The translations under genes and the position numbers were made by a program. This document shows positions 12,558-26,070 of a stretch of 64,000 nucleotides of DNA, in pieces (the first letter of the stretch is position 1; every line of letters starts with the position of its first letter). Below the pieces are notes generated by a model. That model ran no database searches. It saw only the letters and a program-made list of their open reading frames with translations, and was not told the origin of the DNA. Source of the DNA: Eledone cirrhosa (Eukaryota); NCBI GenBank assembly GCA_964016885.1, contig OZ024750.1, forward strand, positions 35,030,001-35,094,000, written 5' to 3'.

Positions 12558-14265
12558 TCTATATACTACTAAAACTCTGTGCTTGCTTGCTATGTAATAC
12601 AGCCAAAAGGGCACATAATGGGAAAATACTTTGAAGGAAGTTGACCCTGAAACGGAATACAATGGAATAAGAGTTTCGAGTAAATCAAAATACATGTTTC
12701 TGAGATAAGGTGTTTTTCCGGGTACCTTCATAAACAGAGGGAGAGAGACGAAGAGAGAGTGGTTGTGAGAGAGTAGATTGAAAGAGAGACATAGAGAGAA
12801 GGAGAGGAGAGAGAGAAGGAGAATGGAAGAGAGGGAGAGCTGATGGTGTTGTTGTGTATATATATGTGAGTGTGTATGTATATATATATATATATACAAA
12901 GGAGCTCTTAAGAGTCAATGGCCATCCAAAATCACCGGGAGAGATGACCCCTTAGCCTTTGTCAAGGCAGAATTCTAAGAGAAGGAAAACTCTGATATAA
13001 CACCTGCAACCCTGATGGTATCCAATGATGTTGACTTATTCTTCTTTTTGGTAAATATCATCTTGGTTAAGAGAGTGGGACTGGCTTTGTGCAGTGCCTT
13101 TGCTCACTATAAAAGCTTCACGGCACAGGCATTGCTTTATATCTGGAGATCTCTCTACACTTGTCGTCACATGGTACCAAAGGCCCAACACTATGTGTCA
13201 ATAATTGTCACAGGTGTAGTGTTTGTACCAGAGTTTTCAAGTCGCTGGCTGGACTAAAAGTCACACTTGTTTAGCGCATCGGTGGGGGTTCTCCTACATG
13301 GATATAAAGTAGTGGCCGTACTCGAAAACGAGTTGGCAGCCACCATATATATACTAAGGGAGAAATTAGGAATAAAAGGGATCAGATGTTGTTTACTCGA
13401 GAGAAGACTATGTTGGTATGGTCACGTGATGCGCATGAAAGACGACAGCTGTATAAAAAAGTGCAGGGCGATAAAAATAGACGGTAGCCACGGAGTAGGT
13501 AGACCCAAAAAAACCTGGGATGACTTGATAAATTCCGACCTCACACACTTACACCTCTCCAAGACAATGTCACTGGGCCAAGATCTTTGGCACTACACAG
13601 TAATACAGAAGACCCGCCTTACCTAAGTACAAAGCGAAACCTACTACAGTCAGTAGGCACCTCTTAACAAAAATACACCCCCGTCCCACTACCCCCACCC
13701 CATCCAGATCACCCCTTTCGATGTAAAGTTATGTTGGTACCACAACATCCAATCCTAAACAAATGAGGTCGTGTAGGTGTCATGACAAAAAAAAAACACA
13801 GTCCACGCTGTAATGTGGCCGTGTAGGTAACACGGTAAAAACCTCCCAGTCCACACTGTAAATGTGGTTGGTGTTAGGAAGGGCATCCAGCCGTAGAAAA
13901 CCCGCCAGACAGTCCTATATGAGCAAGACAACCAATCTTGCCTCAAGTGGGATAATTCCCGTCTAAACCTATGCTAGCGTGGAAGATGGATGTTAAACGA
14001 TGATGATGATGATGAGTGTGTGTCTATATAGATCACAGGCACCCACATATATATATATATATATACACACACACATACATATATATGTTTACACAGACAT
14101 TTATATATATACATACACACATATATATATGGGTCTTGCAGTTTCATTTCACATTATATACATGTCTGTGTATATTTTAATTATCTAACAATTATTTCTA
14201 AGTGAACATGATTTTAAGAAAATACTTTGAAGTGAACGTGACTCAATGGGTCACAGATGGTCTAG
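12558..14265 (+). mobile_element. Non-autonomous Helitron-like copy 1 (interrupted by inserts at about 12900-14014)
   Basis: A|TCTATATACTACTAAAACTC 5' end; 3' hairpin GTGACTCAATGGGTCAC (14238-14254) followed by CTAG|T (14262-14265). Confidence 0.6.
13350..14014 (+). mobile_element. RTE LINE 3' end (ORF C-terminus, 3'UTR, (GAT)n tail)
   Basis: ERRLCWYGHVMRM...GRPKKTW...TRLT*; matches the reverse complement of 34590-35400. Confidence 0.9.
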
Positions 14266-14898
14266 TATACTACTAAAACTCTATGATTGTTTGCTTGCTT
14301 GTCTGTAATGTAATACAGCCAAAACAGTGCATAATGGGAAAATACTTTGAAAGGAAGTTGACCCTGAAATGTGAATACAAATGGAATAAAACAAGTTTTG
14401 TGTAAATCGTAGCACGTGTTCCCGAGATATGGGGTTTTCTGGGTACCTTCATCAATAAAGAGAGAGAAGGATAGAGAGAAAGAGACAGTGGTTGTGAGAG
14501 AGTAGATTGAGAGAGAAACATAGAGAGGGAGAGAGAAGGAGATAGAGAAGGAAAATAGAAGAGAGAGAGAGAGAGCTGGTGGTGTTGTTGAATGAAATTA
14601 CAACCGGTGAAAGAAAAGAATACGGCATTACTGTACCCTGCTAAATAGAAAGGGTTTCTAAGTGTGTGTGTGTGAATATATATAATATATATATGTGTGT
14701 GTGTGTGTGTATATCTGTCTGTGACCGGTGTATATAGGTCACATACACCTGCATACACACACACACATACACAAACACATAGACATATATGTATGGGCCT
14801 TCCAACTTCATTTTACATTATATACATGCCTGTGTTTATGTTAATTATTTTAAAAATTGTTTAAGGGAATGTGACCCAACGGGTCACTGGTGGTCTAG
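14266..14898 (+). mobile_element. Non-autonomous Helitron-like copy 2, head-to-tail with copy 1
   Basis: TATACTACTAAAACTC head; perfect hairpin GTGACCC-AAC-GGGTCAC (14871-14887) followed by CTAG|T (14895-14898). Confidence 0.7.
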
Positions 14899-15044
14899 TT
14901 GTTTAGTAAAGTTGTTAGAACATCAGATAGACTGCTTTACAGTATTCCTTCTGGTACTTCTGCAGACTGAGGTCAAATCCAACCAAGGTCAGCTTTGCTT
15001 GCCATCATTCTGTGGGTGAGATGGGGTCTATAAAGTACAGTGCC

Positions 15045-17235
15045 AGTTCATTGTTCATGCTTGCATGGGTTGGACGGGTCCTTCTCAGCGCAGCATTTCT
15101 CCACCCGTCACATTCCTTCGTCATCTTATCTGTGAGTCTCAATGATTTTGAGATCAGCCTTCACAACCTCTGCCCAGGTCTTCCGTGGTCTTCCTCTACT
15201 GTGGCTTCCTTCCACTGTGATTTCCTGGTACTTCATCCAGCAATAATCATCAATGAACATCATATGTCCATACCAACACAGTCTTCTCTCCTACACACTA
15301 CATCTGATGCCTCTTTAACTCAAGTCTTCCTTGGTCTTCCTCTACTGTGGTTTCCTTCCACTGTGATTTCCTGGTACTTCATCCAGCAATCATCATTAAT
15401 GAACATCATATGTCCATACCAACACAGTCTTCTCTCCTGCACACTACATCTGATGCCTCTTTAACTCAAGTCTTCCTTGGTCTTCCTCTACTGTGGCTTC
15501 CTTCCACTGTGATTTCCTGGTACTTCACCAAGCAATAATCATCAATGAACATCATATGTCCATACCAACACAGTCTTCTCTCCTACACACTACATCCGAC
15601 GCCTCTTAAACTCGAGTCTTCCTTGGTCTTCCTCTACTGTGGTTTCCTTCCACTGTGATTTCCTGGTACTTCGCCCAGCAATCACCATCAATGAACATCA
15701 CATGTCTGTACCAAAACAGTCTTCTCTCCTGCACACTACATCTGCTGCCTCTTTAACTCAAGTTTTCCTTGGTCTTCCTCTACTGTGGTTTCCTTCCACT
15801 GTGATTTCCTGGTACTTCGCCCAGCAATCACCATCAATGAACATCACATGTCTGTACCAAAACAGTCTTCTCTCCTGCACACTACATCTGACACCTTTTA
15901 AACTCAAGTCTTCCTTGGTCTTCCTCTACTGTGGTTTCCTTCCACTGTGATTTCCTGGTACTTCGCCCAGCAATCATCATCAATGAACATCACATGTCTG
16001 TACCAAAACAGTCTTCTCTCCTGCACACTACATCTGACGCCTCTTTAACTCAAGTCTTCCTTGGTCTTCCTCTACTGTGGTTTCCTTCCACTGGGATTTC
16101 CTGGTACTTCATCCAGCAATCATCATCAATGAACATCACATGTCCATACCAACACAGTCTTCTCTCCTGCACACTACATCTGACGCCTCTTTAACTCAAG
16201 TCTTCCTTGGTCTTCCTCTACTGTGGTTTCCTTCCACTGTGATTTCCTGGTACTTCGCCCAGCAATCACCATCAATGAACATCATATGTCCATACCAACA
16301 CAGTCTTCTCTCCTACACACTACATCCGACGCCTCTTAAACTCGAGTCTTCCTTGGTCTTCCTCTACTGTGGTTTCCTTCCACTGTGATTTCCTGGTACT
16401 TCGCCCAGCAATCACCATCAATGAACATCACATGTCTGTACCAAAACAGTCTTCTCTCCTGCACACTACATCTGCTGCCTCTTTAACTCAAGTTTTCCTT
16501 GGTCTTCCTCTACTGTGGTTTCCTTCCACTGTGATTTCCTGGTACTTCGCCCAGCAATCACCATCAATGAACATCACATGTCTGTACCAAAACAGTCTTC
16601 TCTCCTGCACACTACATCTGACACCTTTTAAACTCAAGTCTTCCTTGGTCTTCCTCTACTGTGGTTTCCTTCCACTGTGATTTCCTGGTAATTCGCCCAG
16701 CAATAATCATCAATGAACATCACATGTCTGTACCAAAACAGTCTTCTCTCCTGCACACTACATCTGACGCCTCTTTAACTCAAGTCTTCCTTGGTCTTCC
16801 TCTACTGTGGTTTCCTTCCACTGGGATTTCCTGGTACTTCATCCAGCAATCATCATCAATGAACATCACATGTCCATACCAACACAGTCTTCTCTCCTGC
16901 ACACTACATCTGACGCCTCTTTAACTCAAGTCTTCCTTGGTCTTCCTCTACTGTGGTTTCCTTCCACTGTGATTTCCTGGTACTTCGCCCAGCAATCACC
17001 ATCAATGAACATCATATGTCCATACCAAAACAGTCTTCTCTCCTACACACTACATCTGACGCCTCTTTAACTCAAGTCTTCCTTGGTCTTCCTCTACTGT
17101 GGCTTCCTTCCACTGTGATTTCCTGGTACTTCGCCAAGCAATCACCATCAATGAACATCACATGTCCATACCAAAACAGTCTTCTCTCCTGCACACTACA
17201 TCTGATTCCTTTTAAATTCAGTCTCTCCTTCAGTT
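15045..17235 (-). repeat. RTE LINE 3' fragment with an internal 146-bp segment amplified about 14 times
   Basis: Period 146 bp; minus-strand translation GIRCSVQERRLFWYGHVM...EGSHSRGRPRKT matches the unamplified RTE at 41940-42085. Confidence 0.93.
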
Positions 17236-17409
17236 CTTGTTTTAAAATGATAAGGTGTGATTTGAGGGTATTTAGCTGCTGTTTCTTGCAGGCCTTAGCA
17301 TCTCTTATGGAGCACTGTCCAATAACTGTCCAATATGTCAAATGTGAAATGTTGTTTATTGATGTAAGCAGGTTTAGATGTCATTGTTTACATAAATACC
17401 ATCAGAATC

Positions 17410-17487
17410 CAATATGTATGTGTGTATGTATGTATGTAAATATATATATATATATATCATGTATGTGTGTATATACATTATATATAC

Positions 17488-17554
<67 letters not shown>

Positions 17555-17618
17555 TATATGAATATATGTATGTTTATGTATATATATATATGTATGTATA
17601 TATATATATATATGTATC

Positions 17619-17649
<31 letters not shown>

Positions 17650-17676
17650 GTATATGTATATATATATATATGTATG

Positions 17677-17707
<31 letters not shown>

Positions 17708-17770
17708 GTGTATATATATATATGTATGTATATATATATATATGTATATATATATATGTATATATATATG

Positions 17771-17827
<57 letters not shown>

Positions 17828-17860
17828 ATACAAATATATATACATATATATATATACATA

Positions 17861-17901
<41 letters not shown>

Positions 17902-17997
17902 ACATATATATATATATGTATATATATATATATGTATGTATATATATATATATATATATATTTATATGTATATATATATATATATGTATGTATATAA

Positions 17998-18049
<52 letters not shown>

Positions 18050-18050
18050 T

Positions 18051-18093
<43 letters not shown>

Positions 18094-18110
18094 ATATATA
18101 TGTATGTATG
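17410..18110. repeat. (TA)n/(TATG)n microsatellite, about 700 bp
   Basis: Seen directly. Confidence 0.97.
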
Positions 18111-18577
18111 ATGCAGGATACATCTAATGGCCACCCTCCATCACACCCCTCCCACCCTCTCTTTCCTGTCAATGAATCAAAGTCCATCCTTGAAAGAGAT
18201 TAGTGTCTCATTGAAAAGAATCCATTAGTTGAAGTTTTGTAGCCGAAGCTTTTTAGCTGTTATTTCATAGAATCTCAGAGTTCTGATGTTTTAGGCACCT
18301 GCTGCCTCTCTCTGTTATTTTGCCCTTTTAATAACATTGTTATTCTAACTCTCAACATCCTATACCACATGGAACCACATTAGAAAGTTTTTTTTTTCAA
18401 AACTACAAATCACCACTTATGAATGTATCATATTGAACATTAAAGTCTTTTCTCTAATATTACAGATTTTCACAATGATTTGTCCACTAGTAAAGACACT
18501 ACACATATTTGAATTAATAAACTCATTTGTAGATATTTTCTGGCTGATATTTTCCTCGCAGGAATGTGATTGGAAGT

Positions 18578-18790
18578 TACTATATATATACTCAAATATA
18601 AGCTGAGGGATGTGTGACCAAAAATCGATGGTAGAAGGGGTGTTGGCTTATATTCAGGATCAATATTTTGCAGAGTTTCACCAACTTCAAATTCTACGTA
18701 AATATGGCTTGGATTTTTGCCCATTTCTCAGACATAAAATAGTGGGGTTGGCCTATATTTGTATCGGCTTATAGTTGAGTATATATGGTA
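18578..18790. mobile_element. Tc1/mariner (Tc2/Kanga-like) MITE, degraded
   Basis: Imperfect TIRs TACTATATATATACTCAAATATAAGCTGA / TCGGCTTATAGTTGAGTATATATGGTA. Confidence 0.55.
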
Positions 18791-20286
18791 GGTTAGAAAT
18801 AACAAATAAATTTCTGAAAATTATGGCAAGAATTGGAGTTGTTTAGTCCTAGATTATTCCTGATTCAACAGACCTATGATCAAAGACAGTCCAATCAGCC
18901 ATGACCATCCTGCCTTTTTTTAGTCATAATGTATCTACAACTACATTATATATGTTCAAGATGGTAAGGTATGATTTGAGGGAAATTATGGCTGCTATTT
19001 CTGACAAGTTTAGGAACTATGCAGTGGCTCCTCCTAGCAGTGTTGGTAATAATAGAAGGTGGAAGAAAACTCGACACAAGTCAAGCCTATACCCTGCTGA
19101 AGTCATTTTATTTCAGTTGAGAGATTTACTAAAATTATAAATTATTTCATTACTTAGATAGTAACTTAACATAGTAACTTAACATATGGGTCTTTTATAA
19201 AATAAACTTGGCAGATTTAAATTTAAATAGGAACCTTTTAAAATGGGTGGTTTTGTTTCATAGAACTAGAGCTGGTTTGGCCAAGATGGTGTTAGAAATC
19301 TAGTTATTAAAATGTGAGCTAGTTGGTACAAAGTTGGTTTGATTTGATTTCTGTTTGTTTCAATTTGATAGTTGATGAATTTATTAAACAAAAGTTATAC
19401 AATAATGAAGATATTTTTAAAAATGAGATAAAAACAAAATTAAGTATTGAAAAAAGGGGAATGGGTAAAGAAGGGCAGATCTGGCTGTAAAGGAAAGGTA
19501 GGACTATAGATGCCATAAGTGAGAAGAAAAGGAGGGAAAGAGCAAGGACTATTAGGTCACAGAAAAAAGAAAGGGGGGAAAAAGAAGATTCTACATCTAT
19601 GTCAGGGCTGTGTTTTGTGTCCCTCAGACAAAATTGCAAATGGACAATGACAAACGAGATCCGCTGCAATAGCAATCCCACCTTGTGGGGCTCCTTCCTC
19701 AGTTGTTCTGATGCTGGCCAGACAATAATTTCGAGACTACCAATACAGGGTCTTGAATAAATAACTACATCTGAATTAAAATAAGTACACTGTATCTCTT
19801 CCCCTAATCCATACTGCATGTTGTAAGAACCAGCTAAAAAGGTTGGTGTCAGGAAGGACATCTAGCTGTTAATAAAACATTGCCTGAAAACGTCACATCC
19901 AACCCATACCAACATGGAAAAGATAAAGTAAAAACGATGATGATCATGATGCCGTTGTGTGTTATTGATATTCTATTAATTAATTCTATTTCAATAAGTT
20001 CAGTTAGAAGAAATTACTAGAAAACTAAGACATATAAATATTTCTCTATTATGGTACACATTATTTTATTCCAAGACATTTTTTTTTTTTTCATATATTT
20101 ACATTACATGAAAGAAAACTAGATTCTGCCGAAAACATATTCTGCAAACAAATTAGTTTTAAATTATTCTAAACAATTAAGAAAATTATGATTAAACAAA
20201 TTATAAAGTAATTGTAAAATTTCCTAAATTATAGAATTCAATTGATGAAAGAGAATTTGTTGAATTTTTTTGTTTTTATTTTTCAG

Positions 20287-20857
20287 AGTTAGTAGCCAAT
20301 ATATTTTGATATTAAATAATGGAATAAAAGAAACCTATTTGAAATTATTTTTATTACTGTATTTTAATGTAATGTTTGTCTTGAAGAAGCTATTTAAAGA
20401 ATTGTAAATTTGAATTAATTCTAAATGCTAAGAGAGAATAAACTGTGAAACACTATATCAATAAAGATTTTGTACATAATTCTTAGTACATTGTCTAAAG
20501 TGAAGAATTCTGAAGAATTTATCTTAAATACCAAAAATATTAATCTGTAAACATATTCAATAAATTAATTTTTTTTTAAAGAATTGAATTGTGCAAAAGA
20601 TTATTATTATATCCTGATATTCAGCAAATGTGAAAATAGTCTATTGAACAAATTATTATTATTATTTTTATATGACTAAGTTTTCCTCAAGAAATAATGT
20701 ATTTATTTCGAGAGAAGTGGAGCTGCAGCTTTGATGATCAATAAAATTTATTTGAACTATATAGAAATAGACAGATTATTAGCTATTTTAGGTGAACAGA
20801 TATCTAAATAGCTGTTCATTATGAAAGAAACTATTGATTAAGTACATTTTGTGATTG
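20287..20857 (+). other. Possible non-coding exon (splice-flanked)
   Basis: Long poly-T acceptor ending TTTCAG at 20286; TG|GTAAGT donor at 20858; no ORF. Confidence 0.2.
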
Positions 20858-21304
20858 GTAAGTAAATTGATTATACATTTTTCTGACTAAACTTCTAGAA
20901 TACAGTTGCTAAAATTGGAAAATACACAAGCATTCTTCTTATTTATTAATATATTTTGAAATTAGAAGACAATGATAAGATATTCTCTTTGTCCTTGTTA
21001 TGTCCCATCATTGTCACCCCTCAGGCAAATAAATAATGATAATAATAAATATTATTTCTTTGGTAGTATCATGCAAATGTCTACTGCATCCTCTGTTGCA
21101 GCTGTGTCTTCTTCAGGTGCAACATTGTATTCTTGTGGCAGTTGAATGACTATACACTTCTACTCTTAATCTACTACAGTCTTGTTATTGAGTTTATTGT
21201 GTTGTTTTGTTGTGTTATGTTAGTGTTTGTTCTGTTGTGAGTAGTGTGTGTAATGTAAGTTGTGTTATTTTATTGATAGTAATCTTATACAGTGAATGTT
21301 ATAT

Positions 21305-23525
21305 GGGTTGTGTTGTTGGGTATTACTGTACAGTATATGTTGTGTTGTGATGTGTTGTTGGGTATTACTGTACAGTATATGTTGTGTTGTGATGTGTTGT
21401 TGGGTATTACTGTACAGTATATGTTGTGTTGTGTTGTGATGTTGGGTATTACTGTACAGTATATGTTGTGTTGTTGGGTATTACTGTACAGTATATGTTG
21501 TGTTGTTGGGTATTAATGTACAGTATATGTTGTGTTGTGATGTGTTTTGGGGTATTACTGTACAGTATATGTTGTGTGGTGATGTTGGGTATTACTGTAC
21601 AGTATATGTTGTGTTGTGTTGTGATGTTGGGTATTACTGTACAGTATATGTTGTGTTGTGTTGTGTTGTTGGGTATTACTGTACAGTATGTGTTGTGATG
21701 TGTTGTTGGGTATTACTGTACAGTATGTGTTGTGATGTGTTGTTGGGTATTACTGTACAGTATATATTGTGTTGTGATGTGTTGTTGGGTATTACTGTAC
21801 AGTATATGTTGTGTTGTGATGCGTTGTTGGGTATTACTGTACAGTATGTGTTGTGATGTGTTGTTGGGTATTACTGTACAGTATATGTTGTGTTGTGATG
21901 TGTTGTTGGGTATTACTGTACAGTATATGTTGTGTTGTGATGTTGGGTATTACTGTACAGTATATGTTGTGTTGTGATGTGTTGTTGGGTATTACTGTAC
22001 AGTATATGTTGTGTTGTGTTGTTGGGTATTACTGTACAGTATATGTTGTGTTGTGATGTGTTGTTGAGTATTACTGTACAGTATATGTTGTGTTGTGATG
22101 TTGGGTATTACTGTACAGTATATGTTGTGTTGTGATGTGTTGTTGGGTATTACTGTACAGTATATGTTGTGTTGTGTTGTGATGTTGGGTATTACTGTAC
22201 AGTATATGTTGTGTTGTGTTGTGTTGTTGGGTATTACTGTACAGTATGTGTTGTGATGTGTTGTTGGGTATTACTGTACAGTATGTGTTGTGATGTGTTG
22301 TTGGGTATTACTGTACAGTATATGTTGTGTTGTGATTTGATGTTGGGTATTACTGTACAGTATGTGTTGTGATGTGTTGTTGGCTATTACTGTACAGTAT
22401 ATGTTGTGTTGTGTTGTTGGGTATTACTGTACACTATATGTTGTGTTGTGATGTGTTGTTGGGTATTACTGTACAGTATATTTTGTGTTGTGATGTGTTG
22501 TTGGGTATTACTGTACAGTATATGTTGTGTTGTGATTTGATGTTGGGTATTACTGTACAGTATGTGTTGTGATGTGTTGTTGGCTATTACTGTACAGTAT
22601 ATGTTGTGTTGTGTTGTTGGGTATTACTGTACACTATATGTTGTGTTGTGATGTGTTGTTGGGTATTACTGTACAGTATATTTTGTGTTGTGATGTGTTG
22701 TTGGGTATTACTGTACAGTATATGTTGTGTTATGTTGTGATGTTGGGTATTACTGTACACTATATGTTGTGTTGTGATGTGTTGTTGGGTATTACTGTAC
22801 AGTATATGTTGTGTTGTGTTGTGATGTTGGGTATTACTGTACAGTATATGTTGTGTTGTGATTTGATGTTGGGTATTACTGTACAGTATGTGTTGTGATG
22901 TGTTGTTGGCTATTACTGTACAGTATATGTTGTGTTGTGTTGTTGGGTATTACTGTACACTATATGTTGTGTTGTGATATGTTGTTGGGTATTACTGTAC
23001 AGTATATTTTGTGTTGTGATGTGTTGTTGGGTATTACTGTACAGTATGTGTTGTGATGTGTTGTTGGGTATTACTGTACAGTATAAGTTGTGTTATGTTG
23101 TGATGTTGGGTATTACTGTACACTATATGTTGTGTTGTGATGTGTTGTTGGGTATTACTGTACAGTATATGTTGTGTTGTGATGTGTTGTTGGGTATTAC
23201 TGTACAGTATATGTTGTGTTGTGATGTTGGGTATTACTGTACAGTATATGTTGTGTTGTGTTGTTGGGTATTAATATACAGTATATGTTGTGATGTGTTG
23301 TTGGGTATTACTGTACAGTATATGTTGTGTTGTGATGTTGGGTATTACTGTTCAGTATATGTTGTGTTGTGATGTTGGGTATTACTGTTCAGTATATGAT
23401 GTGTTGTGTTGTTTTATTGGGTATCAATGTAGAGTAAATGTTGTGTTGTTAGGTATTAATGTACATTATATGTTGTGATGTTTTATTGGGTATTAATGTA
23501 CAATATATGTTGTGTTGTGTTGTGT
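21305..23525. repeat. Compound minisatellite: constant GGGTATTACTGTACAGTAT core plus variable (TGTTG/TGATG)n, about 55 units
   Basis: Seen directly. Confidence 0.95.
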
Positions 23526-24289
23526 TGTTTTATTTTATTATGTTCTTTTTGTATATGGTGTGTATTGTGTGTGAAGATTGTTCTATGTCATTAAATCAAT
23601 AATGTCTTAGACAGGATGTGAGTTATTCCTAGCAGAGCTATGTTTAGATGATATTTAGTGCTGTGAAACCCTGGTATGGCTTCTCTCTTTTGTTTAATTT
23701 TTTTATTTTATCACACCAAATGCTCCAATTATTATAGGCATCATTTTTATCTTCATGTTTACCATATTGTACATTTTAATTTCAAGTTATTTGTATTTTG
23801 ACAGTTCTTTTCACTTATTGGGTGAGGTAGGAGAATGGAATGGTAAAGTCATTAGAGCATCAGGCAAATACCTGTGTCCCAGGGTTTTTACTTTTTAATT
23901 TCAAATCCTGCCAAGGTCAACTTTGCCTTTCATTCTTTTGGACGCAGGGAGAAACCCTTCTTTGTCAGCAGAGGAAGCAGCTCGCTAAACTTTTTCCAAC
24001 TCGTCCTTATTCTAGATACTATGGCCTCGGAACACCCGTCTCCCATGCTAATCTGATCACCTAGGTACCAGAAGCTATCAACCACTTCTATTGCACCCAC
24101 CTGCATTTGAAAAATGTGTCTATCAATGCGACTTCTACTGTCTAATTTCCCTGTACATCTACTGCATACGTATTTCTCCCTACCTGTTAGTTTGCCTGCT
24201 ATCCCATTACATCTCTTGTGTACCCAAGATCTGCATTGTGTACATTTTATAGAATTTATGTGATATATATATATATATATATGTGTGTG

Positions 24290-24338
<49 letters not shown>

Positions 24339-24498
24339 GTATGTATATATATATGTATATATATATATTTATATCATCATCATCATCATCATCATCATCT
24401 TTATCGTTTAACGTCCATCTTCCACGCTTGCATGGGTTTGTATGTGTATATATATATATATTTATTTATATGTATATATATATATATATATGTGTATG

Positions 24499-24568
<70 letters not shown>

Positions 24569-25044
24569 ATCAGAAATAGAGTGCAATTTATTATAGACAG
24601 AAATTAGAACAGCAAAAATAATAAATATATAAAAATACACCCAGTGACCTATTTAAAGTTTAGAAGCCACTCACACGTCTTAGTGGCTATTTTTGTTGTT
24701 ATATTAATTCTTTGGGGATCTTAATTTAAATCAAAAACACTGTTTATGTATTTCAATTAATTTTGAAAATAATCTAGAATTTGAAGCGACTTAGTAAAAT
24801 GGCTACTTCATTATTACTGTATATACTTAAATATAAGCCTTTCTTCTTCTTCTTCTTCTTCTTCTTCTTCTTCTTCTCGGAGGTTCGTGGGTAGGGGGAG
24901 CCCTCAAACATTGCTTCCAGCATAAAGATTGCATATCCCGAGACCCCCAAAGAGGGTTTGTCAACATTATTGATCAAAAGATCTCATGTTATTATTAGCT
25001 ATAAATATATAAACACTTTTAATTATTTGATAAACCTTCTCCTT

Positions 25045-25445
25045 TTCTTCTTCTTCTTCTTCTTCTTGTGGGGGCAGAGTCCCCAAAACTCCTTCCAGCA
25101 AGTCCTATCAGAAGCAACCTTCTCCATTTGACCCGGCTGGATCCCCAAGCAAGACCAGCCAATTTCATGGATGTTACCCAACCATCTTGGAGGTCTATCC
25201 CTGGGTCACCTGCTGGTTGCTTTTGCCTATAAAATCTGTCCAGCGATTCTTTCTTCAGACATTCTATCCACATGCCCATAGTATCAGAGCTGTGATCCCT
25301 CAATTTCGGAGAAGTAGTGGCTCTACCTGGAGTGACTCTCTGATCTTTGAGATATGCACTTAATTGAGTAACTTTACTCCAAAGACCCTTCAGAGGAATC
25401 CCATTTCGGCTGCTTGTATTTGCAGTTGTATTCTTTTGGTCATTA
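25045..25445 (-). mobile_element. Expander/Rex3-like RTE 3' end with (AAG)n tail
   Basis: Minus translation IQAAEMGFL..VEPLLL..GWSCLGI; related copies at 27485-27900 and 56740-57160. Confidence 0.75.
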
Positions 25446-25496
25446 CACAATGAATATAAGCTGATTTGAATATTTAAATATAAGCCATCCACCTAC

Positions 25497-26070
25497 TTAC
25501 CATGTCTTTTATCATCATCATCATCACCGTCATCACTGCCACTACCATCATCAACACCATCACCACTGCCACCATAATCACCACCACGAACACAATCACC
25601 ACCAACACCACCACCACCATGACAACACTTCTCACTACCACCACCATAATCATCACATCACCATCAGCACCACCAACACAAGTCTGAGAAATGGGTAAAA
25701 ATCCAAACCTCACTTATAAGCCGAGGCAGCTAATGAACATATTATGTTTAGATGGTGTAGTTGTGAAATTCTCAAGATTGGAGAAAATATTTACGAAACT
25801 TTTAATATTTTGATATTTAAAATATTTTATAATTGCCGTTTAGAGTATAGTTTTATGGTGATGGTGGTGGTAGTGGTAGTGGTGGGGGTGTTAGTGGTGC
25901 TGATGGTGATGTGATGATTATGGTGGTGGTAGTGACAAGTGTTGTCATAGTGGTGGTGGTGTTGGTGGTGATTGTGTTGGTGGTGGTGATTATGGTGGCA
26001 GTGGTGATGGTGTTGATGATGGTAGTGGCAGTGATGACGATGATGGTGATGATGATAAAAGACATGGTAA
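25497..26070. repeat. Inverted duplication, about 185-bp arms, about 205-bp spacer
   Basis: 25497-25680 is nearly the reverse complement of 25888-26070. Confidence 0.9.

Noticed and set aside
15012-17561. Repeated plus-strand ORFs (MVSFHCDF...)
   Set aside because: Antisense readings of the 146-bp RTE-derived satellite.
17374-18203. Long YI-rich ORFs (also near 30.0-30.5 kb and 61.1-61.5 kb)
   Set aside because: Translations of (TA)n microsatellites.
19319-19861. 180-aa minus-strand ORF
   Set aside because: No recognisable domain; low-complexity composition; probably a chance ORF.
21305-23525. CRISPR-like look (palindromic constant repeat plus variable spacers)
   Set aside because: Spacers are just TGTTG pentamer runs, there are no cas genes, and the context is eukaryotic.
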